A DNA stretch of 53,854 nucleotides, filler included, from Sphacelaria rigidula (taxonomy: Eukaryota): NCBI GenBank assembly GCA_964200075.2. It is 5 parts of 5 records of this genome, joined end to end, with 100 filler letters (N's around TTAATTAATTAA, not from the genome) between each part and the next. Parts side by side here need not be neighbours in the genome. Positions count along the whole stretch, not along the records: positions 1 to 10,695 come from CAXNAA020006070.1; positions 10,796 to 21,487 come from CAXNAA020006071.1; 3 more parts are not named here. One strand, 5' to 3'. Below the pieces are notes generated by a model. That model was not told where the DNA came from. It did not search any database and saw only the letters and a list, made by a program, of their open reading frames with translations. Numbering within the stretch: position 1 is the stretch's first letter; every line of letters begins with the position of its first letter. The position numbers and the translations under genes were made by a program. Of this stretch, positions 1 to 11,485 are shown piece by piece.

Positions 1-707
1 TGGTTAATGAGTGCGCTACGCGTAACCATTCAACTGTTTAATGGTTAGACAAACCATTTCCGAGCTCTGGAAATTTTGTGCGGGACCTCGCTGGGGCATG
101 ATGAACCGAAAAAAGTGGGTCAGGTTGATTTCAAAGCAACATCTCATCGACACAGACGAGTTGGGCCGTGATGCACATATCGTTATTGATCCCCTGATCA
201 AGAGAAAAGTCCCAGCTCGTATGCCGTCGATACGCCCTCAAAACGACCATTTCGCAGCCCAGATTCCGTGCACTGTGAATGAATGCATATATGGGCATGA
301 TGATGCACTCACTTCCACATCATGATCACCTGGGAGGGTGCCGTGCTGGCAAACAAACATAGATCAGCACTGGCACACGCTCTGGATAATGACGATCTGT
401 AGAAAAGTCATTCCGGTACTGCCTGCAGAGATAGATGCCCAGCGCAGGAGGCACGGTCGTACGCGCGCCGTCGTCGCCACAAAGCGGTGAAACTTCGGTC
501 ACGTGTCATGTAAATCACAATCAACAAGCCCATGCGTCTGGAGCTGAGATTGGGCGTTGCAACAGTGGGTGAGGGGACGAAAGAGCTCAGATTCTGTTTC
601 GAAACAATTATTTGTTTGTTTTTAATTTTGGCGCGAGACTGATACCTGGCGCAATATCTCCGCATCGCGCCTTTTTCTCTTGTTTGCCTTTTGTTCACCC
701 GCCTCAG

Positions 708-2539
708 ACTCTTCCCCTGATGGGTCGGTGTCGTCAACTTCCCCCGTGCTCGACAAAACGATCGAAGAGTACAAACGGTTCCAGCGGATAGCGAGCGGCA
801 CCTTCGCACGAAGTCCCACGAACAAAATGGCGATCGAGGCCGCGGCGGCGAACGGCGTGTCCGCCGCATATGTCAACGGCAATGGTAACGGAAGCAAAGT
901 AATAGGCGCCGGCAGCCACGTCATTTGCGACCAGGACACGGTATTCGACGATGACGGCGACGAGGACGAGCCGGGGCGAGTCCACGCAATGACCCGGAGG
1001 AACCAAAAGGGCTCCCCCCCTCCGCCCTACAGCACTGCGTCAACTACCGCGGCGTCGCTGCCGAATGATGAGGACGATGACGAGGGCCCACCGAGACTCC
1101 CGGACCTTATCCCCACACCATCGATGTCGAAGAGCAACAAGCCTGCGACCGTCGGCGTTACACGGCGCCTTTCACCCCGAGTCGACGGCGGCAGCGGCGG
1201 CATCAGATCTCCTCGGTCCGGTATTCCCCGCGCCAATCACGTCTCCGCTGCGGTCTCCGCCGCTCCGAAAGGCAGCCCTATACGTATGACCTTCGGTCGC
1301 CAGGCTCGATCGAGGTCGTTTTCACGATCGCCGTCGCTGAATTACTCGACGCTGAGCCCCGACAGCCCGTTCTCTGCGGCCGACTCCGGGTCTTCGACAT
1401 CCCGCGGCCCCGCTTCTATCCAGGGCAATAAGCTCCTCAAGACGCCCGCGCGGGCCCGACGAGAACGAAGTCTCTCGTCCCCTGCCTCGATATTCTCTTC
1501 AGTCGGCGACAGCGGCGACGGCGACGGTCCGCTGGCGGGATCGCGGCGTAGCAGTGTTCATGGCGGCGGACTCCGCTCCCCCGTTGTCACAAAGGTCGGG
1601 ATGTTTGGCACCCCGGCGCGAGTTCGGGCGGCTTCGACGGCGGCGGCAGCGGCACCCAGTACTTCTAGTAGTCCTGTAGGAGTACGGGTGAGACCGGCGG
1701 TTCAGTCGCCCGGAAACGTTGCGGGCATCCTGACGGCAGCGACCCCGCCGCGACCGCGAGCGTCGCGGGTGACGGCATCAGGGAAGCCGGCGATGATTAC
1801 GGGGACGCCGCCTAGGGCAGGCATCGCGACGCCCCCGCGCGCGCCCAGGTCGCCCCCAGGGAATGATTGCGTCAGCGGTGGTGACAAGACCGGAAGCATC
1901 TGGGACGAAACTCCAGCGTCGAAGAAAAAGAAATTGTCGAAGACTTCGGGCAGGTTGCGGAGTATGGACGAGAAGGGCAAGAGAAAAAAACATCGTCGTC
2001 CGGTTCGGCAGGCCAGTCTACCGCAACAAGCGGTTGCCAACGGCGGCAGCGGGATGTGGGACACCCCAAGCAGTGGCCGAAGCGCTACCAGCGTCGATAA
2101 ATCGACAAAACTTGGACTGCTGGCGCGCGCGGAAAGTCTCGCCAGCGACTTCCACGATGGCGTGTCCTCGTCGGATAATGATTCCGCGGGCGGGCGAGGT
2201 CTCGCCAAGAGGACTCAGGGCAAGAAGCGGCGAAAGTCCAAGCGCGCGATCAGGCGAAAAATGTGGGGGCGACGGCCGGAGTGGGCGACCGAGTTGCTGG
2301 CCGATCAACAAACAGGTGGGGCATCGGATGCCGCGAGCGCGGCGGCCAATGGGTCGGGCAGGATGGATGAGCGAGTGGCGGCGGCCGTAGCAGCGGCGTC
2401 GGCGGCGGCGTCGACGGCGACGCCGGCACCCGAGTCGGGTGCGAACCATCTGGTGGTGCTTGTGCATGGACTTGGCGGGAGGCCAGCGGACATGGCATTA
2501 TTGCGAGGTTTTTTGCAGACGCTTATGCCTGGCGCAGAG
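708..2539 (+). CDS. Large internal exon of a DUF676/FAM135-like alpha/beta-hydrolase-domain protein (long Ser/Pro/Arg-rich disordered region, then start of the hydrolase domain)
   Basis: ORF 680..2632 ends in NHLVVLVHGLGGRPADMALLRGFL, the typical DUF676 start (HLVVxVHGLxG). Polypyrimidine tract and CAG acceptor end at 707. Donor GAG|GTGCGT at 2540, phase 0. Upstream exons were not identified. Confidence 0.8.
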
Positions 2540-3339
2540 GTGCGTGGATTTCTATTTGTATTGGTTCGTATCTGCTGTGTTCGTTTGGCTCGCGCGCTTA
2601 CCGTAGTGCGTTGCGTGCTTGCCGAGAGATGAGTTGACTTCCTGTCTTGTAGATTAGTGGCTGTAGTAACAGTGATAAACATGGAAAAATGGGGTGTACA
2701 ATTTTGGTTCTCCTTAGGGCTTTTCTCTGTTTTGTTTTCCTTGTTATTTTCAGGGGTCTACACATCACACGTTCACGTTACATCACGTATGTCACGTTGA
2801 ATTAATTCTTGCGTTACGTCAACGTTTCATTCGGAAATTTAAGATAACGTTCACGTTACACTCATCACGTGAAAAAAATTCAACGTCACGTTTCGTTACA
2901 TGTAACGTGATATGAAACGTTTCAATGCCAGGCGTAACGTTTAATATAACGTTACGTTGACACATGTAACGTTCAAATGTAACGTTTCATTATGTGCATG
3001 TCGCCTATTTACCAGTGTTCAAAGCGTTGTAACGTGTCGTGTAACGCGTGATGTTACCGTGTACGTGACGCTGACGGTAACACATCGGCCACTTTTCATG
3101 TATCATAAAACCTCTATAAAAAACACGTTTTCTGATAAATGACCACGAACCCACTTCTTAGGTCAACTCTTATGGGAGCGTTTAGAATTTGATTTTGCAA
3201 TAATTTGAAACGTCGTGTGTTTTTTTCTTTGACGTAGTTGTGTATTTTGTGCCCGTTCACCATGATGACAAAGAAGAAAAAAACTCATCTGAAATTGTTG
3301 CAAAATAAAATTTCAAATGCTCCCATAAGCGTTGGCCTT

Positions 3340-3775
3340 CGACCGACTCTAATGGGAGGCGTTCAAAATTCCTGTTCAAAACTGCCTTTTCGGCCCTTCT
3401 CCGTGGTTTTACGCCTGAAAAGAGGGCTAGGCGGATGTTGACGCCTTGGAATGACTTGCTCTACTTATTGAGATGGTTCCAGGGCAACTTTTCATTTCCC
3501 GATGGCTGCGCTTTTATTTTCGACCAATATTACATTTTCAATGAAAAACGATCAGGCGATGAAAAACAGGGGGAAATTTTGATCACCTGACCGTTTTTGA
3601 CTGAAAATCCGTGTTTGGCCTGATTTGGCCAAAAATAAAAGTGCGGCCAGCGGGAAATGCAANNNNNNNNNNTCAACATCCGCCTAGCCCTCTTTTCGGG
3701 CGTAAATCGACGGAGAAGGGCCCAACAGGCAGTTTTCGACAGGACTTTTGAACGCCTCCCATTAGAGTTGCCCTT
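3340..3775. mobile_element. MITE with long TIRs; relatives at about 33400-33720 and 39720-40251
   Basis: ACTCTAATGGGAGGCGTTCAAAA...GGCTAGGCGGATGTTGA recurs inverted at 3673-3768. The ACGCC..AAA.AGAG.TAG.CGGA.TTTGA motif is shared with the other copies. Ends are approximate. Confidence 0.65.
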
Positions 3776-4051
3776 ATATGATCAGAAAACACGTTTTTTA
3801 TAGAACATTTCCTGATAACATTTTCCGATGGCCCAAATATATCAGAAAATCAGGATTTTCTGATAGCTCTGGGCGATCGAAACCTTTATTGAAAACGCGT
3901 TTGAAATCCCGCCGCACGCCAACACACCCGCTAGCCCACGTCAGCAGCCGTGGTGGTTTGGCTGCCATCAGCACTGCTGTCGCTGGTGCCCGCAGGCAAT
4001 CAGTGTGTTGCTTCATTGTCCTTCTCCCGCCAGTACCATGGTGGCCCTTTT

Positions 4052-4137
4052 ATATTATTATTATTTTTATTTTTATTATTATTATTATTATTATTATTTT
4101 ATTTATTATTATCATTATTATTATCATTATTATTATT
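4052..4137. repeat. (ATT)n microsatellite
   Basis: Direct reading; imperfect ATT run. Confidence 0.95.
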
Positions 4138-4339
4138 TCCGCACATTAGTCTGATCTCGCGAACCCGTCGTCACAGACGTAGGCTCGCCTTTCCAATACC
4201 GTCCCTGCTATTCCTCACCAGCCACATTACNNNNNNNNNNACCGGTGAGAAGTAGCTCCCCCGAGTTCAACGGGGAGAGAAAGAAAAGAAAGAAAAAACA
4301 ATCAAACAAACAACAAACGCCAGATCTGTCAGAAGTGTA

Positions 4340-4734
4340 CCCCATGAAAACAGCACAGGGCAGGGTCGATGACGAGTTCTGTACAAGCACTCTGCATGTA
4401 CTTTGCACAGACGGTATTGTAGCTCGCCGTTCAGGTCTGTGCATGCATCGTGTTGCGAACAGCACTGGTGATGCAGTACAGACTGCCCACGCACCCAAGA
4501 CTTGTAGAGACAGGACCGTACTGGCTGTACACACGAGACCACAGTATATGAGCAGTGCTACTGCTGTACTGTCTACAGGGCTTGGGTGTTTGGGCAATCT
4601 GTACTGTATTCGAGTGCTGTTTGCAACACGCTGCATGCACAGACCTGAACTGAGCTACAATACTGTGCAAACTACATACAACGTGTCTTTACGCCACTCG
4701 TCATCGACCCTGCCCTGTTCTGTTCTCATGGGGG
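4340..4734. mobile_element. Fold-back MITE with TA flanks (Tc1/mariner-like TSD)
   Basis: TA|CCCCATGAAAACAGCACAGGGCAGGGTCGATGACGAGT ... ACTCGTCATCGACCCTGCCCTGTTCTGTTCTCATGGGG(G)|TA. Confidence 0.7.
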
Positions 4735-5942
4735 TAAGGGCCATCACGCTACTAGCGAGCGAAGGACAGTAAAGCAACACGCGGACTGCCCGCGAGCACC
4801 AGCGACAGCAGTGGTGATGGCAGCCAAGCCATCACTACAACCAATGCATACAATACAGTACTGTTGTGTCTACTGTCGTCCGTGCTGTCCTTTCAGTCAA
4901 GTACTACCGTGCAGTGAAAAAGCACAACCGTCACTTCTACAGCCAGTTGGTACAGCAAGGCGGTGTTCGTTTTGATCGTCTTGCGTCACGCAGCCCACCA
5001 TGTATTACTCAGGCAATGTATCACAGCAGTACAGTCAGTACGTACCGTACACTACGACACGACAGCAGAGTGCTGCGTCTCTCGCGCGCCCTAGAATTCG
5101 AAATTATGCCTGCACACCTCATAGGAAACGATGAACGCTGCGTTTCCAATGTTGACAGTGCGTCAATCACGTAAGAAGGGCTACTTTGAAAAATTATGTG
5201 GAAAATCGCGCTGTTGAAAAACGACTTTTCGAACATGATCGCGTTTTTTTACAGGAGAAGTAGCCTTGAATGTGGTCGAGATGACTATGATGTTATGATG
5301 CAGTGCTGCAACGATAACTTGATATGTGTGGTGTGGTGGGGAGAGCGCGAAATTGCTGCAATAGTACCATACGTTTACCATGGTCATTCAAACTCACTCG
5401 TGTTTATTGAAGCACAATCTTCTGGGATTTTAAAATTCATTGCAAACTTGAAGTTTCACCACTTCATGTGACGTGTTCATGACGTTTCATGTAACGTGTA
5501 ACGTCTCATGCACGCATAATGTGTAACGGATGTTACACGTTACATGAAACGTTTCATATTGTTATTTGAACGTTTTAGCAATTCAACGTTCACGTTACGT
5601 TACGTATGTCGCGTGAAAAAAATTAACGTTCACGTTTCGTTTTGGCCAAAACGTAACGTGTAACGCTGTGTCTCGTGTAACGTGTAGACCCCTGGTTATT
5701 TTGTAGACGACTTTCGGCAGATTGCTGTCCTCATAATTTCAGTCTGCTGTTTCGGTCAAATTTAATACCCTCCTACTGAGATTGTTTTACTCGAAGGGCC
5801 GCGCATTCCACCATATATGCCAGTATTTGATTTGCTCAATCAACTCAGCCACATATATATATTTTTCATATTATCGATTGTGTGACGTTCGTCTTGTTCG
5901 TGAACAACGGGGGATCATTCGAACAAATGAAAATGGCCGCAG

Positions 5943-6043
5943 ATGATGGTAGCGACATCCCTTCAGGAAGTACGCAAGGAGAATTCGGGCGTGGAAGCGT
6001 TGGGGCGGAAGCTTGCGGACGAAGTGGACGCTCACATTCAAAG
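5943..6043 (+). CDS. Next exon of the DUF676-like gene (MMVATSLQEVRKENSGVEALGRKLADEVDAHIQR)
   Basis: Acceptor CCGCAG|ATG in phase 0 matches the preceding donor; donor AAG|GTACT at 6044. The peptide matches the DUF676 helix 'gi..lG.rLa.Ev'. The downstream GHSxGG exon was not found in this contig. Confidence 0.75.
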
Positions 6044-7789
6044 GTACTCTAACTTATATGTCTTACTTTTTTTTTTCGTTCCTGTCTTTTATTTCTCAGT
6101 GATTACTTCATTTTTTTCTTCCGTGAAGGGAGAAGGTAGAAGTGGAGACGAGAGGTGAACGAAGAGTCGGGGTCGAGATCACAAATAGCCGCCTTATGAG
6201 AGAAAAAGGGAGCTCATGTACTGAAAAAAAAAAATCCCATTCGCCCCCTTGTCTTCTGCGTGTTGGTTGATTTAGGCCGTGTCTTATAAAGGAAAATTCG
6301 ACTCGATAACATGCGGTCGAATCGAATCGGTCTCTACGAGGCCGTATCAGATACGTCCACGGCATTTATGTTCTCAGATCGCTTCAAGTCCATTATATAG
6401 TTAGTTGCGCGCGACGGGTAGGATCAAAAACAGAAAAGCCTAGCCTTGTCGAGCGGAACGAGCGGCGGAATGAACGAGGGGCACGTAACTCCTATGTTGC
6501 AGACAACCGTGCCAGATACCACCGTTTCACAGAAGTACGCACAACCCAAATGGTTCATTCGCAGCTACATACTCAACCCTGCGGCATAGATCACGGACTG
6601 AGCACAGGGATACATACACGGCAGTGATAGGAAACCGACACCAACTCTATTTTGGCATGGTGTATTTTCTTTTGTTGGCGAAAACCTGGGCATCAAATTT
6701 TGTGACAGGGTCCACCGACGGAGTTGCGTGTTGAGGTGGGCGATCGAATTGCCAACGCGCTTGTGGACAGTAAAGGCGGTGCAAAACTGCACGTGGTTCA
6801 AGTTTGATTTGCATCCTCCTGTATGCAGAGTGTCAGAAAGCTGTGCTGTCTGTATGTCGCGTTGCCCGCTGCTTTTCCACATCGCGCCTGCATGCTGTGC
6901 GAAACACACATATTAGACAGCACAGGCAGCCACTTTTTTTCAGTCTGTACTATGCTGTCTATTGAATATAATTAAAGAAGTACCGCTTCACGAAGTTCGC
7001 TTAGCCTTTCCATTTCAAAGCGTGCAAATTCGCTGGGACCCAAACATAGCATAACGAACCGAATCAATTCCGCCGCACGAACTCGTTCGAGTCGAAACAT
7101 TTTTGATAAGACACGGCCAACTTGATTGATTGTTGCACTTCAACTGACCCCCCAGGGATCCAGCCGTGGTCACAGGAATTGCCTTTTGAAAACGCTATCA
7201 AGGCTTTCCTTCGCAGTTTTGGTCGTGTCCCTACTTGACATTGGACATGCGGTCCCGCTTGCTCAATCTGTCCACTGTATGGCAGGGAAAACATGATTCC
7301 TTCCCGGTGAAATCGTGACCCTTGCCTTATCCCCACCCTTGCTGTAGTTATTTCCTAGAAACTATTCACATTGATGAGCCCATTCAGTCTTGGAACGTTT
7401 GGAAGGATGGAGCACGCCGCCAACTGAGGTGCTCTGTTGATTTTTTTTTGTTACAACCGTCGTGCTCAAACGACCCCTCCCTGTCCCTCCCCATATTTTA
7501 AAATATTCTGCCGATCATTCCTCACAAAAGTCGCCGAGAGATGAGGAGATAACTTGTTGATAAATTGAGTATCCAGTGCCCCGAACTCACGCTTGTACGT
7601 AAATCCTGTCAGGAATTTCATGTCTGGACACATTTCCCCCCTGTGTCTCTCTTGTGTTTGAATGTAGATTTGTTGCTGTAGTGTCGGTCAGCCAGCCAGA
7701 TTGCCAGATTGCCGGTCAATCAGTTTTGGAATTCTGAGGATAGATTCTTGCCGCAACACTCGGAACGTGTCACGAAATTCCACGTTCGG

Positions 7790-10530
7790 GCCTCACTTGG
7801 TCCCTAAAGTACATGTCAGTGCGGCGGGATTTTCGGTATTCTGTTCTGGTGACACAAGCGGGGCTAAGGGGAGGGCAGGACAACATGGGGTAGGGATCGC
7901 TATCAAGGAGTCGCTCATGGAGGAGATGGGAGGAAAAGGTGCTGCAGTCGAGTTCATCAGTGCTCGACTTCTGGAGGTGAAACTTGGAATTACACGGCAA
8001 ATCCAACGCGGTATCATTTGTAGTTAGATATACCCCGACGGAGACCGCGATACCATCTCACAAGTACCTGGCAGGGAATATCTATTCATGATGGAGGCAA
8101 ACGCTCGCACTGGAAAACGAGGGGAGGGGTGTGGAGAGAATGATAGCAAGGTACTTGGCGAACGCGGGCGGGACGTACTGAACAAGAGCGGCAAGAGGCT
8201 ACTGGCCTTCGCAGAGGAACAACGACTTACCGTGCTCAAGACGTTCTCCAGAACACCCAAGCGGAGCATCTCGTACAATTTACAAAGCTCCAACGCTGGG
8301 AAGGGACGCTATCGTCTCGACTACATTCTCACCGGACAGACGGGCCGAAAACTCGTACGCAACATCTCCGTCCGCCGCCCACCACCCGGAAAACGCGAGT
8401 CTGATCATAATCTCGTATTTGCAAAGATCCGGCTCCGTGGTCGCTTGGCGCCCAATCGCGAGATGCGGAAACATGTACCAAAACGCAGAACGGCCGACCT
8501 TCAAAGGCCGATGGCTGACCCGGAGTTGAGAACAGTGACGTTGCGAACGGCCTTCCCTCTCGACCCCTTGCCCACAGATGCCACCACCGCTGACATGGTT
8601 GCAGGTCTCACCAAGATGCTGATACCCGCCGCACCAGACACCACTGCACCCCACGAGAGAAACCCACGAGGCTCCCACGGCTGGTGCGCGAGTGCCGAGG
8701 CCAAGGAAAACATCCACATTGCATAGATGGCGACGGAAATCGCACGGAGGGCATTGGTGACAATGCCAACTGACACCAACCCCAACGTCAGCCGACTCGA
8801 AGCGCACATCGTGAAAGGTGATCAGCGCGGTTTCTACAGGCACCTGAAGGAAATCGATGTCGAAGGGAGGTAAACTCTTGCAGCAGCAATACATCCGCGA
8901 CAACAAGGATGAAGTGCTCAGAGACGTGAAGACCATCCGCGGTTCGGTGGGCACAGTGGTTTCACACCCTCGTCAACACCAAGTCGCCCCACCTCATCCC
9001 AGTAATCGTCGACCAACTCCACGCGCGACTTCCGAGCACGTCGCTGCACGTGGTGCCTACGATAGACGAGACAGCAGATGCCATACGATTTATGTCCAAC
9101 GGAAAATCCGTTGGCCCAGATGAACTGTCGGCTGTGCTGTTGAAGACACTTCCTCGACGGCGGCAACACTAGCGGGCTACAGAGATTCCACGCTATCATC
9201 GTTGGCATCTGGGGCGGAGGAGCAGTATCACAAAAAGGGAAGGATGCCACCATCATAGTCTTCCACAAGAAGAACGATCGAACGGGATGTGGGAACTTTA
9301 GAAGCATTTCACTCGTGTCACACGCCGGCAAAGTGCTCCTCACGATAATTGCCTGCCGCCTGAGTACCTACTGCGAGGGAAATTAAATACTGCCTGAAGA
9401 GCAGTGAGGCTTCCGCCCCGGACGCTCAATCGTCGTCATGGTGTTCATTGTCCGACGACTCCAGGAACTTGGCCGGAGACGACAGATCCCGCCCTACATG
9501 TGTTTCGTCGACCTCACGATATCATGTGGTTCTGTCGACCGCCTATTGCCGTGGAAAGTTCTATGGCGTCCCACCCATCATGCTCTCGATCATCTGCCAA
9601 TTTCACGATGACATGCAAGCTCGGGTGTGCACGGACGACAGGTGTGCATCGTCTCGCGGACATCATAGAGCCTCAAGAAGATGATGACGGTGGTTGTGAT
9701 GATCTGCGGGGAGTTCGGGTGACCGTGTCGGAAGCAAAGACGAAGACCATGCGACTGCACTCACAGGCGGGGCACCTCGACATCAACGCGGCTGGTCAGA
9801 TATACAAACGAACAACTTTGTGTACCTCAGGGGGGTCAAGCACAGAGAACGGCGATCTCTCCGTGGAAATAAAAAAAGCGGGTACAACAGGCATGGACGA
9901 ACTACCACCAGTACAAAGTCCAGCTCTACGATCGACCGAGCGCAGCCTTCCACCTCAAGGTCCGCATGATCGAAGCCGAGGCTGTCGAGGCGCCTCTGTA
10001 CGAGTGCGTCACATGAACCCCTCTCAACCCCCATTGCACTTTACTGCGCACGGCTCACCACGCGTTGCCCCGGCGCTGCCTTGGATGCCACAAGCGCAAT
10101 CGCACAGATCATGTTCTGTCATATCGAGAGACCCTCGCGAGGACAAGATGCGACAGCATCGAGACGACGGTGAGGAAGGAGGCTTCACTTTGCCAGTTTC
10201 GTCACGCGCATGTCACCCAGACAGATACCGAAAGACGCCATGTTCAGTGAAATACTTGCCGTCAAGGTGAAAGAGTGAGAGTTCAACGGCAGGCACAAGG
10301 ACTGGATCCACTGCCTAGCGAAATACCCAAGGGCGTTCGGTATCGAATGTCAGGGGTAGAGTACTGGAGCCTTGAATCCAGTAGAGTGGCACAGCTGTGT
10401 TGGACAGGGAACAGAAAGGTTTATGGTGAACTGGTGCCAAAAGGATGACGCAGAGACAGCGATACGGCCCGCGAAAGCTGCAGTCCAAGGTGCACCGACA
10501 GTACCAACACCAACTAGTCATAGCCTACGC
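7790..10530 (+). mobile_element. Decayed non-LTR retrotransposon, RTE-like (APE endonuclease plus reverse transcriptase)
   Basis: Endonuclease motifs HGVGIAIK, ISARLL, MEANARTG, RLDYIL and ESDHNLV. RT motifs [51 protein letters not shown] and CFVDL. Many frameshifts and stops; ends are approximate. Confidence 0.85.
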
Positions 10531-10695
10531 CAGATACGTGGAGCATTGTGTTCGGTTCTCGTCTCTGATTTACTCACCTCTTGTTCCTAGTGTTTTTTTT
10601 CGTCTGTTTTTGTTTTGTCTTTGCTCAACCCAGGCCCCCCCCCACCGACCTCCGCATCGCGCCGCCCCTCAGCCAAGCAGTTTATATATCTCTCC

Positions 10696-10795
10696 NNNNN
10701 NNNNNNNNNNNNNNNNNNNNNNNNNNNNNNNNNNNNNNNTTAATTAATTAANNNNNNNNNNNNNNNNNNNNNNNNNNNNNNNNNNNNNNNNNNNN
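10696..10795. other. Artificial contig linker (44 N + TTAATTAATTAA + 44 N)
   Basis: Exactly 100 nt, carries stops in all six frames, identical to three other linkers. Confidence 0.97.
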
Positions 10796-11485
10796 ATTGA
10801 TCATTCCCGCCGTGGCATGCTTGGAGCAGAACTGCGCCTGTGTGCTCCCCACCACACCATACGACGGATGCATGGAGCAGCCCTCGTGGCCGCACCTCTT
10901 GCTTTTCACATCCACCATTCCCGCCGTGGCATGCTTGGAGCAGAACTGCGCCTGTTTGCTGCCCGCCATACAATACGACGGCCGCGTGGAGCAGCCCTCG
11001 TGGCCGCACTTATTGCTCCTCACATCCACCATTCCCGCCGTGGCATGCTTGGAGCAGAACTGCGCCTGTTTGCTCCCCACCACACCATAGGACGGCCGCG
11101 TGGAGCAGCCCTCTCGGCCGCACCTCTTGCTTTTCACACTCACCACTCCTGCCGTGGCATGCTTGGAGCAGAACTGTTCCCGTTTGCTGCCCGCCACACC
11201 AAATGACGGATGCATGGAGCAGCCCTCGTGGCTGCAGCTCTTGCGTTTCACATCCACCATTCCTGCCGTGGCATGCTTGGAGCAGAACTGCGCCTGTTTG
11301 CTGCCCAGCATACCATACGACGGATGCGTGGAACAGCCCTCGTGTCCGCAGCTCTTGCTTTTCACATACACCATTCCCGCCGTACCATGCTCGGAGCAGA
11401 ACTCTGTCTTGAAACCCCGTGAATCGTGAGATCGCGGTTTGGAGCAGTCCTTTTTCATGCACCGTTTCCTCGGGACTTCGGCCAT
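10796..11485 (-). CDS. EsV-1-7 cysteine-rich repeat protein, 5' part, truncated at the contig end
   Basis: ATG at 11485. One divergent repeat plus five 38-aa repeats, e.g. KRCGHEGCSMHPSYGVVGSTQAQFCSKHATAGM (the last is cut by the linker). Motif C-x4-C-x16-C-x2-H with a 114-bp DNA period. Confidence 0.88.

Larger units (their letters stand above)
3950..4835. mobile_element. TIR element nested in the hAT element
   Basis: GTGGTGGTTTGGCTGCCATCAGCACTGCTGTCGCTGGTGC at 3950 recurs inverted, ending at 4835. Confidence 0.6.
2751..5694. mobile_element. Non-autonomous hAT-type DNA transposon in the intron, with nested insertions
   Basis: TIR CAGGGGTCTACAC...GTGTAGACCCCTG. Perfect 8-bp TSD GTTATTTT at 2743-2750 and 5695-5702. 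Subterminal arrays of ACGTTAC/GTAACGT motifs at both ends. No transposase ORF. Confidence 0.88.

Noticed and set aside
734-2682. Overlapping ORFs on both strands of the large exon (likewise at 36210-37354 and 38072-38788)
   Set aside because: Expected in GC-rich low-complexity coding DNA; no independent motifs or splice support.
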